Assembly (NCBI GenBank): GCA_949282255.1 | Contig: CASDPA010000009.1 | Span: 4,646-68,645, forward strand | DNA from: an uncultured Spirochaetales bacterium | GTDB taxonomy: Bacteria > Spirochaetota > Spirochaetia > Sphaerochaetales > Sphaerochaetaceae | Direction: 5' to 3' | Length of the DNA: 64,000 nt | Shown here: positions 24,073 through 32,668 of the stretch, one piece after another | Position numbering within the stretch: position 1 is the first letter of the stretch | Layout of the letters: each line of letters opens with the position of its first letter | The notes under the pieces: generated by a model | What the model was told of the DNA's origin: nothing | What the model saw: only the letters and a program-made list of their open reading frames with translations | Database searches by the model: none | Position numbers and translations under genes: made by a program

Positions 24073-24116
24073 CTAAAATAGAAGGTACTTTATAGAGACA
24101 AATTTTTGGATAAATT

Positions 24117-25136
24117 ATGAATGACGTCAAATTAAAGGATATAGCGGAGGAATCGGGGTTTTCGGTTTCCACCGTTTCCAGGATCCTTTCAGGGGATAGG
24201 TCGAGAAAGATGAAGGAGCAGACGATCCGCTGTGTGCTGGATACCGCAAAGCGTTTGGGTTATTACGAGGAAAAGAGAACCAGACTCTATAAGGCGGATG
24301 CGGCACTTAATATCGGGTGTCTTTTTGTATCGGATCATGAGAGTATTTTGTCCCCGTTTTTTTCCGAGGTTCTTTCCGGAATCAAGGAGGAGATTTCTCA
24401 GCTTTCGCAGTTCAGAAATATAACATTCGATCTGCTTCTTTGCGAAGATGATGATTTTTCCAGCAGAATCGAAAGCAAAAGTCTGGATGCCGCGGTCATT
24501 TTAGGACGTTCACGGTCTTCGACTTTGGAGCTGATCCGTACCAACATAGCAAATCTGATCTATGCGGGACTGAATCCCGTGGGGGGAATGGACGAGGTTC
24601 TTTGTGATGCGCGCGATGGGATGGCAGACGCCGTACGATATCTCAATGGGCTCGGACATACTAGGATCGCATTCATCGGACCTACGCCAAAACAGTCGGA
24701 TGTGCATAACGAATTCAGATATATCGGCTATCAGGAAGGCTTGGCGCTATGCGGACTTGAATTCGATGATAGGCTTGTGGAGGATGTCTATCTCTCGATC
24801 CAGGATGGCTATGAAGGAGCTTCTTCCCTTTTTTCCCGAATCAAACCCACAGCCGTACTGGCAGCCAACGATAACACCGCTCTTGGCGTGCTGAGCTACC
24901 TAAAGGATAAGGGTATCCTGGTCCCGGACGAGGTTTCCGTCGTAGGTTTCGACAATATAGAGGTCTCATCATTTTTCAAGCCGTCTCTCAGCACCTATGA
25001 TGTTCCGAAGAAAGAGCTGGGAAGATTTGCCGTCAAATTCCTTATAGACAGGATCGACAACCCAAGAAACTGTGATATCAGGATCAATGTTCCTTATAGA
25101 TTTATAAAAAGAGATTCTTCAGGGAGGATTTTATGA
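24117..25136 (+). CDS. LacI-family transcriptional regulator
   Basis: N-terminal HTH VKLKDIAEESGFSVSTVSRILSG plus a PBP1 sugar-binding domain. The stop overlaps the next ATG (ATGA). Confidence 0.9.
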   Translation: MNDVKLKDIAEESGFSVSTVSRILSGDRSRKMKEQTIRCVLDTAKRLGYYEEKRTRLYKADAALNIGCLFVSDHESILSPFFSEVLSGIKEEISQLSQFRNITFDLLLCEDDDFSSRIESKSLDAAVILGRSRSSTLELIRTNIANLIYAGLNPVGGMDEVLCDARDGMADAVRYLNGLGHTRIAFIGPTPKQSDVHNEFRYIGYQEGLALCGLEFDDRLVEDVYLSIQDGYEGASSLFSRIKPTAVLAANDNTALGVLSYLKDKGILVPDEVSVVGFDNIEVSSFFKPSLSTYDVPKKELGRFAVKFLIDRIDNPRNCDIRINVPYRFIKRDSSGRIL

Positions 25137-26287
25137 AGAATGTTCTATTCATGCATGGAGGAGGTCCGACAGCGGTATTGAACGCCAGTCTTGCCGGAGC
25201 CTTGAAAGCGCTTAGGGAAAGCAGCTTTAAGGGACAGACCCTTTTTGCCCGATTCGGTACGGGCGGACTTTTAAAAAAGGATGTGGGCATTATTCCAAAG
25301 CTCGATGATGAAGGCTTAGCTGTTCTTTCCCGTACTCCTGGATCCGCAATCGGAAGCGGTCGCGACCATTTGGAGGCGGATGATTACCTCTTACTTGCTG
25401 AAAATCTTTGTAATCTCGATGTCGGATACGTTGTGATCGGTGGTGGAAATGGCACAATGGATACCGCAAAAAAGCTTTCAAAAGCATGCCTTGGCAAAAA
25501 CATACGTGTGGTAGGGGTTCCTAAGACCATGGACAACGACCTTTCCGTGACCGACCACAGCCCAGGCTTTCTTTCGGCGGCCAGGTATCTTTCCGCTTCC
25601 GTTTCGGAGGTGCTGATGGATGTACGCGGACTTCCGATACATATGGTGGTCATAGAAGCTTTCGGCCGTAATGCCGGATGGATCACAGCTTCATCGTCTT
25701 TGGCCGAGGTATGCGGATACGGAGCTCCAGACATGCTTCTTTTGCCGGAGGTGCCTTTTGATGAGGAGGCATTTCTTTCCCGGGTTGAAGAGCTGCATAG
25801 GCAGAAGGGCTGTGGTGTCATAGTTGCCAGCGAGGGGCTGAGATATAAGGATGGAAATCCTATAGTCGAGCCTGTGTTCAAGGTCGGTAGAAGTGTGTAT
25901 TTCGGCGATGTTTCTTCCCATCTGTCACTCTTGATAACCAGAAAACTGGGGATAAAGAGCAGAAGTGAAAAACCGGGAATATTCGGAAGGTCCTCAATCG
26001 CATGGCAGAGCGGACTGGACCGTGAGGAAGCGTTTGAATGCGGCCGCGTTTCGATGCAGGCCGCATTGGAGGGGAATACAGGTGTGATGAGCATCATCAG
26101 GCGCACTTCAAACGGCCCGTATTCCTCCGAGATAGCGATAAGCGAAATCGTCGATGAGATATTGTGCGAGCGCTGCCTGCCGGAAGATATGATCGACAGG
26201 GAGAGGTTTCAGGTTACCGACAAATTCTTTTCATATAGCAAACCGTTGATGGAGAAGGATGACATAAGATATCTATCGTTTGTTTGA
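25133..26287 (+). CDS. PfkA-family phosphofructokinase-like sugar-phosphate kinase (atypical motifs)
   Basis: 384 aa. PFK blocks are present: HGGGPTAVLNA, VVIGGGNGTMDTA, VPKTMDNDL, IEAFGRNAGW and VASEG. Confidence 0.85.
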   Translation: MKNVLFMHGGGPTAVLNASLAGALKALRESSFKGQTLFARFGTGGLLKKDVGIIPKLDDEGLAVLSRTPGSAIGSGRDHLEADDYLLLAENLCNLDVGYVVIGGGNGTMDTAKKLSKACLGKNIRVVGVPKTMDNDLSVTDHSPGFLSAARYLSASVSEVLMDVRGLPIHMVVIEAFGRNAGWITASSSLAEVCGYGAPDMLLLPEVPFDEEAFLSRVEELHRQKGCGVIVASEGLRYKDGNPIVEPVFKVGRSVYFGDVSSHLSLLITRKLGIKSRSEKPGIFGRSSIAWQSGLDREEAFECGRVSMQAALEGNTGVMSIIRRTSNGPYSSEIAISEIVDEILCERCLPEDMIDRERFQVTDKFFSYSKPLMEKDDIRYLSFV

Positions 26288-26302
26288 GGTAAGGAGGTTT
26301 TG

Positions 26303-27118
26303 ATGGATATTAAATACTTTAAAAAGGAAGGGTGCGAACTTTTGGAAGGCAGGATTCCTGTAAAGCTTTTAGGAGATAGCGGTGAGGTCTTTTACGAGAT
26401 CGCACTTGAAATGGTAGCCGCGATCGAGGAAAACAATAAAAGGGGAGAGAAAACGGTTTTTATACTTCCTGTCGGTCCTGTGGGTCAGTATCCGATATTC
26501 GTCCGTCTTGTTAATGAAAAAAGAATCAGTCTCAGAAATTGCTGGTTCATAAACATGGATGAATATCTGACCGACGAAAAAAAATATATAGATAAGGACG
26601 ATCCTCTTTCTTTCCGAGGATTCATGGAGAGGAACGTTTATTCGAAAATCGATGCTGAATTGGTCAATCCTTCTTCCCAGAGAATATTTCCGGATCCGGA
26701 AGATCCTGAGAATATCGCCCGCATTGTCTCAAATCTTGGAAAGATAGATATCGCTTTTGGAGGCATAGGGATAAACGGACACCTGGCCTTCAATGAGGCG
26801 GAAGAGGTTTCCGCCGAGGAATTTTCATCCCGTACGACCAGGGTCCTTAAGATAAGCAGGGAGACCAGGGCTGTAAATTCGATCGGTGATTTGAACGGCG
26901 CCATAGATGCGATGCCTGTTTATGCTGTCACGATCGGAATGGATATGATATTGAAGGCAAAAAAGGTCAGGCTCGGAATATTCCGCCCATGGCATCGCGC
27001 AGTCCTTCGTCAGGCCATATTCTCCGAGATGGGAGGCCATTTCCCGGTAACCCTTCTTCAAAATCATCCTGATGCCTTGATCTATGTCAACAATATCGCA
27101 GCAGGGAGGCCGTTCTGA
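26303..27118 (+). CDS. glucosamine/galactosamine-6-phosphate deaminase-isomerase family protein (NagB/AgaI-like)
   Basis: Motifs MDEYL and GGIGINGHLAFNE. ATG 26303 lies 5 nt after AAGGAGG. Confidence 0.85.
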   Translation: MDIKYFKKEGCELLEGRIPVKLLGDSGEVFYEIALEMVAAIEENNKRGEKTVFILPVGPVGQYPIFVRLVNEKRISLRNCWFINMDEYLTDEKKYIDKDDPLSFRGFMERNVYSKIDAELVNPSSQRIFPDPEDPENIARIVSNLGKIDIAFGGIGINGHLAFNEAEEVSAEEFSSRTTRVLKISRETRAVNSIGDLNGAIDAMPVYAVTIGMDMILKAKKVRLGIFRPWHRAVLRQAIFSEMGGHFPVTLLQNHPDALIYVNNIAAGRPF

Positions 27119-28248
27119 TGGAGATAAAAGGAAGAATTCTTGCTCATGGGACAATCAAAAACAGGATACTCGGAACCGATGGTGGAATAATCTCATTCAT
27201 CAAGGATTATGATGGAAAAGAGAAGCTACCTCTTATTATCCCTGGATTTTTCGATGTGCACACCCATGGCGGAAATATGATAGATGTGAACCATATAACG
27301 GATATCAGTCAGGTTGACGAGCTTTCGGCATTCTTCGCATCCAAGGGTGTGACATCCTTTCTTCTTTCCGTAATGACCGATGAAATCGATAGGATGGAGG
27401 AGGTTGTTCTCATCCTTAGAAAAGCCATGGAAAAGGGGCTTCCCGGCGCAGCTCTCCGTGGTATTCATCTGGAAGGTCCGTTCCTTGCTCCCGAATACAA
27501 GGGGGCTATGCCGGAGTCCCTGCTTAGGGCGGGGGATCCTGCTTTGTTCGACCATTTCCAGTCCATATCGGGGAACAATATCCGATATATCACGGTCGCT
27601 CCCGAGCTGGATGGTATGATCGATATGATAAGGCATATCAGGAAAAACGGTGTGTGTCGTGTGAGCATGGGACATAGTGCGGCCGAATACGAGAAAGCGA
27701 TGGAGGCGGTTGAAGCCGGGGTCGTCTCCAGCACCCATACCTTCAATGCGATGAAGCTTTTCCATATGCATCGCCCTGCGATATCTGGAGCGGCTCTTGA
27801 AAGCGGGGATGTCTATTGTGAGACGATCGCCGATGGCTTCCATCTTCATCCTGCAACTGTGCGCCTTATATTGAAAACAAAAGGTTATGATAGGGTTGTG
27901 GCCATAACAGATTCCATTATGGCCGCCGGATTACCAGATGGGAAGTACAAGCTTGGCGTCAATGATGTCATTGTGAAGGATGGCGATGCGAAGCTTCCTG
28001 ATGGAGTGAGGGCCGGTAGTACTCTCACCATGGATAAGGTGCTCAGGAACCTTTTAAGGTTCACAGGAGAAGATGTTTCAAAGCTTTCCCGTCTTGTAAG
28101 TGCCAATGCCGCACGGATGCTCGGTTTTGAGGATACTGGTACTCTTGAGGTTGGAAAAAGAGCTGATTTCATTTTGCTTTCTTCTGAAAACGAAGTTGAA
28201 GAAACCTATGTATGTGGTAAAAAAGTCTATGAGAAAGGAGGTGTTTGA
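27118..28248 (+). CDS. N-acetylhexosamine-6-phosphate deacetylase (NagA/AgaA-like amidohydrolase)
   Basis: GFFDVHTHGG, IHLEGPFL, MGHS, THTFNAM and ITDS blocks typical of NagA. The start overlaps the upstream stop (TGATG). Confidence 0.88.
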   Translation: MEIKGRILAHGTIKNRILGTDGGIISFIKDYDGKEKLPLIIPGFFDVHTHGGNMIDVNHITDISQVDELSAFFASKGVTSFLLSVMTDEIDRMEEVVLILRKAMEKGLPGAALRGIHLEGPFLAPEYKGAMPESLLRAGDPALFDHFQSISGNNIRYITVAPELDGMIDMIRHIRKNGVCRVSMGHSAAEYEKAMEAVEAGVVSSTHTFNAMKLFHMHRPAISGAALESGDVYCETIADGFHLHPATVRLILKTKGYDRVVAITDSIMAAGLPDGKYKLGVNDVIVKDGDAKLPDGVRAGSTLTMDKVLRNLLRFTGEDVSKLSRLVSANAARMLGFEDTGTLEVGKRADFILLSSENEVEETYVCGKKVYEKGGV

Positions 28249-29402
28249 TGCTTGTTCCGCTTAAGCCGATTCTCGACGCGACGGAAAAGTACAACTATGC
28301 ACAGGGTGCGTTCAATGTCAATGCGGTAAGCCAGGCCGAGGCTGTTATAAAAATTCACGAGATATTCCGTTCTCCTGCTATTTTACAGGGAGCGGATCTT
28401 GCAAACGGATTCATGGGTGGCTGCAAGGATTTCATGCATGCCACCATAGAGGATAAGAGAAAGGGTGCGATGAACATCGCTTCTGCTGTAAAAAAATTTG
28501 CGGTGGAATCCCCGATCCCTGTCGCTCTTCATCTCGATCACGGAAGGGATTTTGAATCCGTGAAAGCCGCGATAGATGGTGGATACACATCCGTGATGAT
28601 CGATGGCTCGGCCCTGCCTTTCAAGGAAAATGTCGAACTTACCAGGGAAGTCGTCAAATACGCGCATCAAAGAGGTGTCAGCGTTGAAGGGGAGCTCGGG
28701 GTGCTGGCAGGTGTGGAGGATCACGTATTCAGCTCAAGCAGCACATATACGAATCCTTTGGATGCCATAGAGTTTTTCAAAAGCACCAAGGTTGACGCCC
28801 TCGCAATAAGTTACGGTACGAAGCACGGAGCCTCAAAAGGTGGCAATGCCAAGCTGAGAAAGGAGATTGCAATCGCCATAAAGGAGCTGATGAACTTTGA
28901 AGGTATCGAAGGGGCGCTCGTCTCCCATGGTTCTTCCACTGTGCCAAAGTATATAGTAGATGAGATAAACAGGTTGGGTGGAGATATCAAGAATGCCAAC
29001 GGAATTCCTTTGGAGCAGCTTGTGGAGGTTTCAAAGCTGGGAATCAGGAAGATAAATGTCGACACGGACATACGTCTTGCAGTTACAAGAAACATCCGGG
29101 AATATTTTATCAATGATCCTTCAGCCTGCATGAATGCGGATATCAACGGAATCTGGGAAATAATGAAGACCCATCCGGAGGCGTTCGATCCTCGGGTGTA
29201 TCTTACACCGATCATGGACAGTCTTATGTACGGCACAATAAAAAATGATGGTGAGCGTAGGATCAACGATTTGATTAAGACAGGTGTTATGGAAGCCGTT
29301 GGAACATTGGTCGTTGAATTTTCCCAGGTGGGTAAGGCTCCGCTTGTGGAAATTAGAACTCTTGATGAAATGGCTGAATATTATAGGAGCAGGGGAATAT
29401 GA
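28248..29402 (+). CDS. class II ketose-bisphosphate aldolase family protein (FBA/tagatose-bisphosphate aldolase-like, long form)
   Basis: Class II aldolase blocks: ALHLDHG..., SVMIDGS, VEGELG and HG(A/S)S. At about 384 aa it is roughly 100 aa longer than GatY/KbaY-type enzymes. Confidence 0.85.
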   Translation: MLVPLKPILDATEKYNYAQGAFNVNAVSQAEAVIKIHEIFRSPAILQGADLANGFMGGCKDFMHATIEDKRKGAMNIASAVKKFAVESPIPVALHLDHGRDFESVKAAIDGGYTSVMIDGSALPFKENVELTREVVKYAHQRGVSVEGELGVLAGVEDHVFSSSSTYTNPLDAIEFFKSTKVDALAISYGTKHGASKGGNAKLRKEIAIAIKELMNFEGIEGALVSHGSSTVPKYIVDEINRLGGDIKNANGIPLEQLVEVSKLGIRKINVDTDIRLAVTRNIREYFINDPSACMNADINGIWEIMKTHPEAFDPRVYLTPIMDSLMYGTIKNDGERRINDLIKTGVMEAVGTLVVEFSQVGKAPLVEIRTLDEMAEYYRSRGI

Positions 29403-30259
29403 AGAAACAACATATTTTTGTTAATTTCAAGCGTTTTGATATCCCATCTTCGCTTGGAGGAGTGAACAGGATCTCAAGTCCGGAGCTTTATGGAGAAACG
29501 ATTGTCCGCAGCACGCTCGAGGAGCTTGTAAAGTATGATCGCAGCCAAGTGTCATTCACTCATTTTTATCCCGAGGCACAGATTCCTGGTGCCGTAAAAG
29601 CTTTGAACGGTGATACCACGATCAAGATAGGCTGTCAGGGTGTTTATAAGAATGATGTCGCAATTGGAGGAAATTTCGGAGCCTTCACGACATTGCGTCC
29701 CGCCTCAATCATGAAGGCTTTTGGATGCTCGTCGACGATTATAGGCCACTGCGAGGAAAGAAACAGCATGAGGGATCTTCTTTCCCTTGCCGGCGTATCC
29801 GATTATTCCGCGGTGGATAAGACTTTGAACAAAGAGGTCCTGTCCGCCCTTGCTCAAAATCTGGAAGTGCTTTTCTGTGTGGGTGAACGTGATTTTGAGG
29901 TAAAAAAGTGGGATGATGTCATTACCAAGCAGCTGGAACTTGGCTTGTCTGGAGCAGATCTGAAAAATGTTGTCATAGCTTATGAGCCCATATGGTCGAT
30001 AGGCCCCGGTAAAACTCCTGCGGATGCACCGTATATCAAAAAGGTCGCTCAATTGATCAAAAGTGTCCTTGGATGTGATATCCCCGTCGTATATGGAGGA
30101 GGGTTGAAGGAGCAGAATGCAAAGATGCTGGCTTCGATCGAAGAAATCGACGGAGGGTTGATAGCGCTGACTCGTTTTTCTGGAGAGATTGGATTCTATT
30201 CAGAGGAGTATCTTAACATAATAAGGCTTTATATGGATAAAAAGGAGGAGTTGAAATGA
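29399..30259 (+). CDS. triosephosphate isomerase family protein (divergent paralog)
   Basis: TIM catalytic landmarks are retained: VNFKRF (Lys), IIGHCEERN (His; canonical GHSERR) and AYEPIWSIGPGKT (Glu). Phosphate loop YGGGL. It is 286 aa versus about 250 for housekeeping TIM. Confidence 0.8.
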   Translation: MKKQHIFVNFKRFDIPSSLGGVNRISSPELYGETIVRSTLEELVKYDRSQVSFTHFYPEAQIPGAVKALNGDTTIKIGCQGVYKNDVAIGGNFGAFTTLRPASIMKAFGCSSTIIGHCEERNSMRDLLSLAGVSDYSAVDKTLNKEVLSALAQNLEVLFCVGERDFEVKKWDDVITKQLELGLSGADLKNVVIAYEPIWSIGPGKTPADAPYIKKVAQLIKSVLGCDIPVVYGGGLKEQNAKMLASIEEIDGGLIALTRFSGEIGFYSEEYLNIIRLYMDKKEELK

Positions 30260-31701
30260 AACTTGATTTTGAATATGGCGCAGGGGTGATGTCTGCCAAT
30301 CTTCCCGATAATACGGATGTGTTCATCCCCGGGGTAACGGTTTCTGATCCTTTATGCATACCGGATGAACTCATAGAGGAGGAGACTCTAAAAAGCATCA
30401 GAAATCCCATTGGGATGGAAACGTTGGACAAGCTTGCTAAAAAAGGAAGCAAGGTCACGATCATTTTCCCCGACAGAGTCAAAGGAGGGGAGCAGGCAAA
30501 CAGCCATAGAAAGGTTTCCATACGTCTCATACTTCAGGAGTTATATAATGCCGGAGTAGAGAAGAAGGATATACTTCTCATCTGCTCCAACGGTCTTCAC
30601 AGGAAAAATACCGAGAAGGAGATAAGAGGGGTTTTGGGAAACGAGTTGTTCAATGAATTCTGGTATTCCCACCAGATCATAAACCATGATAGCGAGGATT
30701 ATGACCATCTTGTCGATCTTGGAGTGACAAAAAGAGGTGATCCCGTCCTCATGAATCGCTATGTTTACGAATCCGATGTCGCTATCTTGATCGGACATGT
30801 GCAGGGAAATCCGTATGGAGGCTATTCGGGAGGATACAAGCATTGTGCGACCGGCATAACACATTGGAAGAGTATAGCAAGCCATCACGTTCCATCCGTG
30901 ATGCATAGAAATGATTTCACACCGGTTTCAGGACATTCTCTCATGCGCACGAAGTTCAATGAGATTGGAATGCACATGGAAGAGAAAATGGGCAAGAAAT
31001 TCTTCTGCTGTGACGCTGTTCTGGATACGAAGAGCCGGCAGATATCCATCTATTCGGGATATGCTAAGGAGATGATGCCTCTATCGTGGATCGATGCCGA
31101 TAAAAGAACCTATGTGCATTGGGCGGAAAAGAAATATGACATACTTGTTTTTGGAATGCCGCAGTTCTTCCATTACGGCGAAGGCATGGGTACTAATCCG
31201 ATCATGCTCATGCAGGCGCTATCCGCCCAGGTGATAAGACACAAGAGGATTATGAGCGACAAATGTGTGATAATCTGCTCGTCGCTATGTAACGGATTCT
31301 TCAATGATTCCCTTTGGCCCTATACCAGGGAGATGTTCGAGATGTTCAAGCATGACGAGATGAACATCCTTCCCGATATGGACCGTCTAGGGGAGTATTT
31401 CGCAACAAACGAGGAGTATATCAGAAAATATAGGTTTGCAAATGCATTCCATCCTTTCCATGGCTTCTCGATGATAAGCTGCGGGCATATTGCCGAGATG
31501 AACACATCGGCAATATACATAGTTGGAGCAAAAGATCCTGGTTATGCGCGGGCCATGGGGCTTAAGACGCGCGCCACATTCGAGGAGGCTCTTGCCGATG
31601 CAATGAAAAAATTTACAGGTCCGGAACCAAACATATTGGCTCTTCCAATGACCTTTAAGACCGCAGCTGTGCACCTATGCATGAAGGATGACCAGCAGTA
31701 G
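30256..31701 (+). CDS. LarA-family (DUF2088) nickel-pincer-cofactor-dependent racemase/epimerase homolog
   Basis: 481 aa with SNGLHRKNT, GNPYGGYSGGYKH and a His pair 15-16 residues after that Lys. ATGA overlap with the TIM-like gene. Confidence 0.85.
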   Translation: MKLDFEYGAGVMSANLPDNTDVFIPGVTVSDPLCIPDELIEEETLKSIRNPIGMETLDKLAKKGSKVTIIFPDRVKGGEQANSHRKVSIRLILQELYNAGVEKKDILLICSNGLHRKNTEKEIRGVLGNELFNEFWYSHQIINHDSEDYDHLVDLGVTKRGDPVLMNRYVYESDVAILIGHVQGNPYGGYSGGYKHCATGITHWKSIASHHVPSVMHRNDFTPVSGHSLMRTKFNEIGMHMEEKMGKKFFCCDAVLDTKSRQISIYSGYAKEMMPLSWIDADKRTYVHWAEKKYDILVFGMPQFFHYGEGMGTNPIMLMQALSAQVIRHKRIMSDKCVIICSSLCNGFFNDSLWPYTREMFEMFKHDEMNILPDMDRLGEYFATNEEYIRKYRFANAFHPFHGFSMISCGHIAEMNTSAIYIVGAKDPGYARAMGLKTRATFEEALADAMKKFTGPEPNILALPMTFKTAAVHLCMKDDQQ

Positions 31702-31726
31702 GCAATCATTTTTTCAACCAGGTTTT

Positions 31727-31759
31727 CCCCCTTTGTCCGTACAAAGGGGAATTTTTTTT
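31727..31759 (+). terminator. Rho-independent terminator ending the seven-gene operon
   Basis: CCCCCTTTGT-CCGT-ACAAAGGGG followed by AATTTTTTTT. Confidence 0.85.
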
Positions 31760-31867
31760 GCTTTGATTCATACCGTAAGTGAAAAAAAGGCTTAAAAAAG
31801 TTCAGCCTTTTCAACTCCCATATACGTGGTAGCCTAAATATGGAAGGTAAAAAAAAGGAGGCTTCAA

Positions 31868-32668
31868 GTGGCTGAAAAGTCGACAAGGAAAAAGGAGGGG
31901 ATTCTTTCCGAAAAAGGGAAAAGCCGTGTATGGCTGCTTATTTCCTTTTTGGTTGCAATAGGGGTTTGGACGGTGCTTTCCGTCTTGCCGAAAACCAGCA
32001 GATCCTTTCCTAATATCATAGTTACGTTTTCACAGATTCCTGTGATGATTGAACGCGGGGTGCTTTTTAAAGACCTTGCATCTTCCCTGATCAGTGTTTC
32101 CGCCGGCTATGCTCTTGGATTTGTAATCGCATTGCCTGTTGCAATACTTATGGCATGGTACCGTCCTGTAAGGAATATCATAGAGCCATGGATCCAGTTC
32201 ATCAGAAACATCCCGCCTCTTGCCTATGTTCCGCTCATTGTTATCGCGGCAGGTGTCGGGCGCAAGCCGCAGATCATCGTCATCACGATCGCCACGTTCC
32301 TTATAATGTGCATAACGATATACCAGGGAATAATCAATATCGATGAGACGCTTATCAAGGCGGCACGGGTGCTGGGAGCAAAGGACCGCGATATATTCCT
32401 GAGAGTTCTTGCTCCGGCGTCCCTTCCGTTTATTCTGACTGCAATCAGGCTTGGTGCGTCGGTTGCTCTGACAACGCTCATTGCAGCTGAGTCCACAGGA
32501 GCTTTCGCCGGCCTTGGAATGAGGATAAGAAGCTTGAATAATAACTTTGAGACGGCTCCGATGCTCTTATACATAATCATAATTGGTGTGATCGGCATCA
32601 CTATCGAAAAACTGATCAAATTGCTTGAAAGGAAGTTGACGGGATGGCAGGACAAGAGGGAAATATAA
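31868..32668 (+). CDS. ABC permease, NitT/TauT (SsuC-like) family
   Basis: 266 aa with a GTG start 6 nt after AAGGAGG. 6 TM, with EAA-like loop KAARVLGAKDRDIFLRVLAPASLP. Confidence 0.88.
   Translation: MAEKSTRKKEGILSEKGKSRVWLLISFLVAIGVWTVLSVLPKTSRSFPNIIVTFSQIPVMIERGVLFKDLASSLISVSAGYALGFVIALPVAILMAWYRPVRNIIEPWIQFIRNIPPLAYVPLIVIAAGVGRKPQIIVITIATFLIMCITIYQGIINIDETLIKAARVLGAKDRDIFLRVLAPASLPFILTAIRLGASVALTTLIAAESTGAFAGLGMRIRSLNNNFETAPMLLYIIIIGVIGITIEKLIKLLERKLTGWQDKREI

Noticed and set aside
25384-26106. 240-aa minus-strand ORF inside the PFK-like gene.
   Set aside because: It is antisense to a gene with clear PFK motifs. The Ser/Pro/Thr-rich low-complexity translation has no start context.
31702-31867. 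Possible TPP or other riboswitch ahead of the NMT1/ThiY-like ABC system.
   Set aside because: I found no CTGAGA or other TPP-aptamer landmarks. The region is explained by the operon terminator plus a short promoter/RBS segment.
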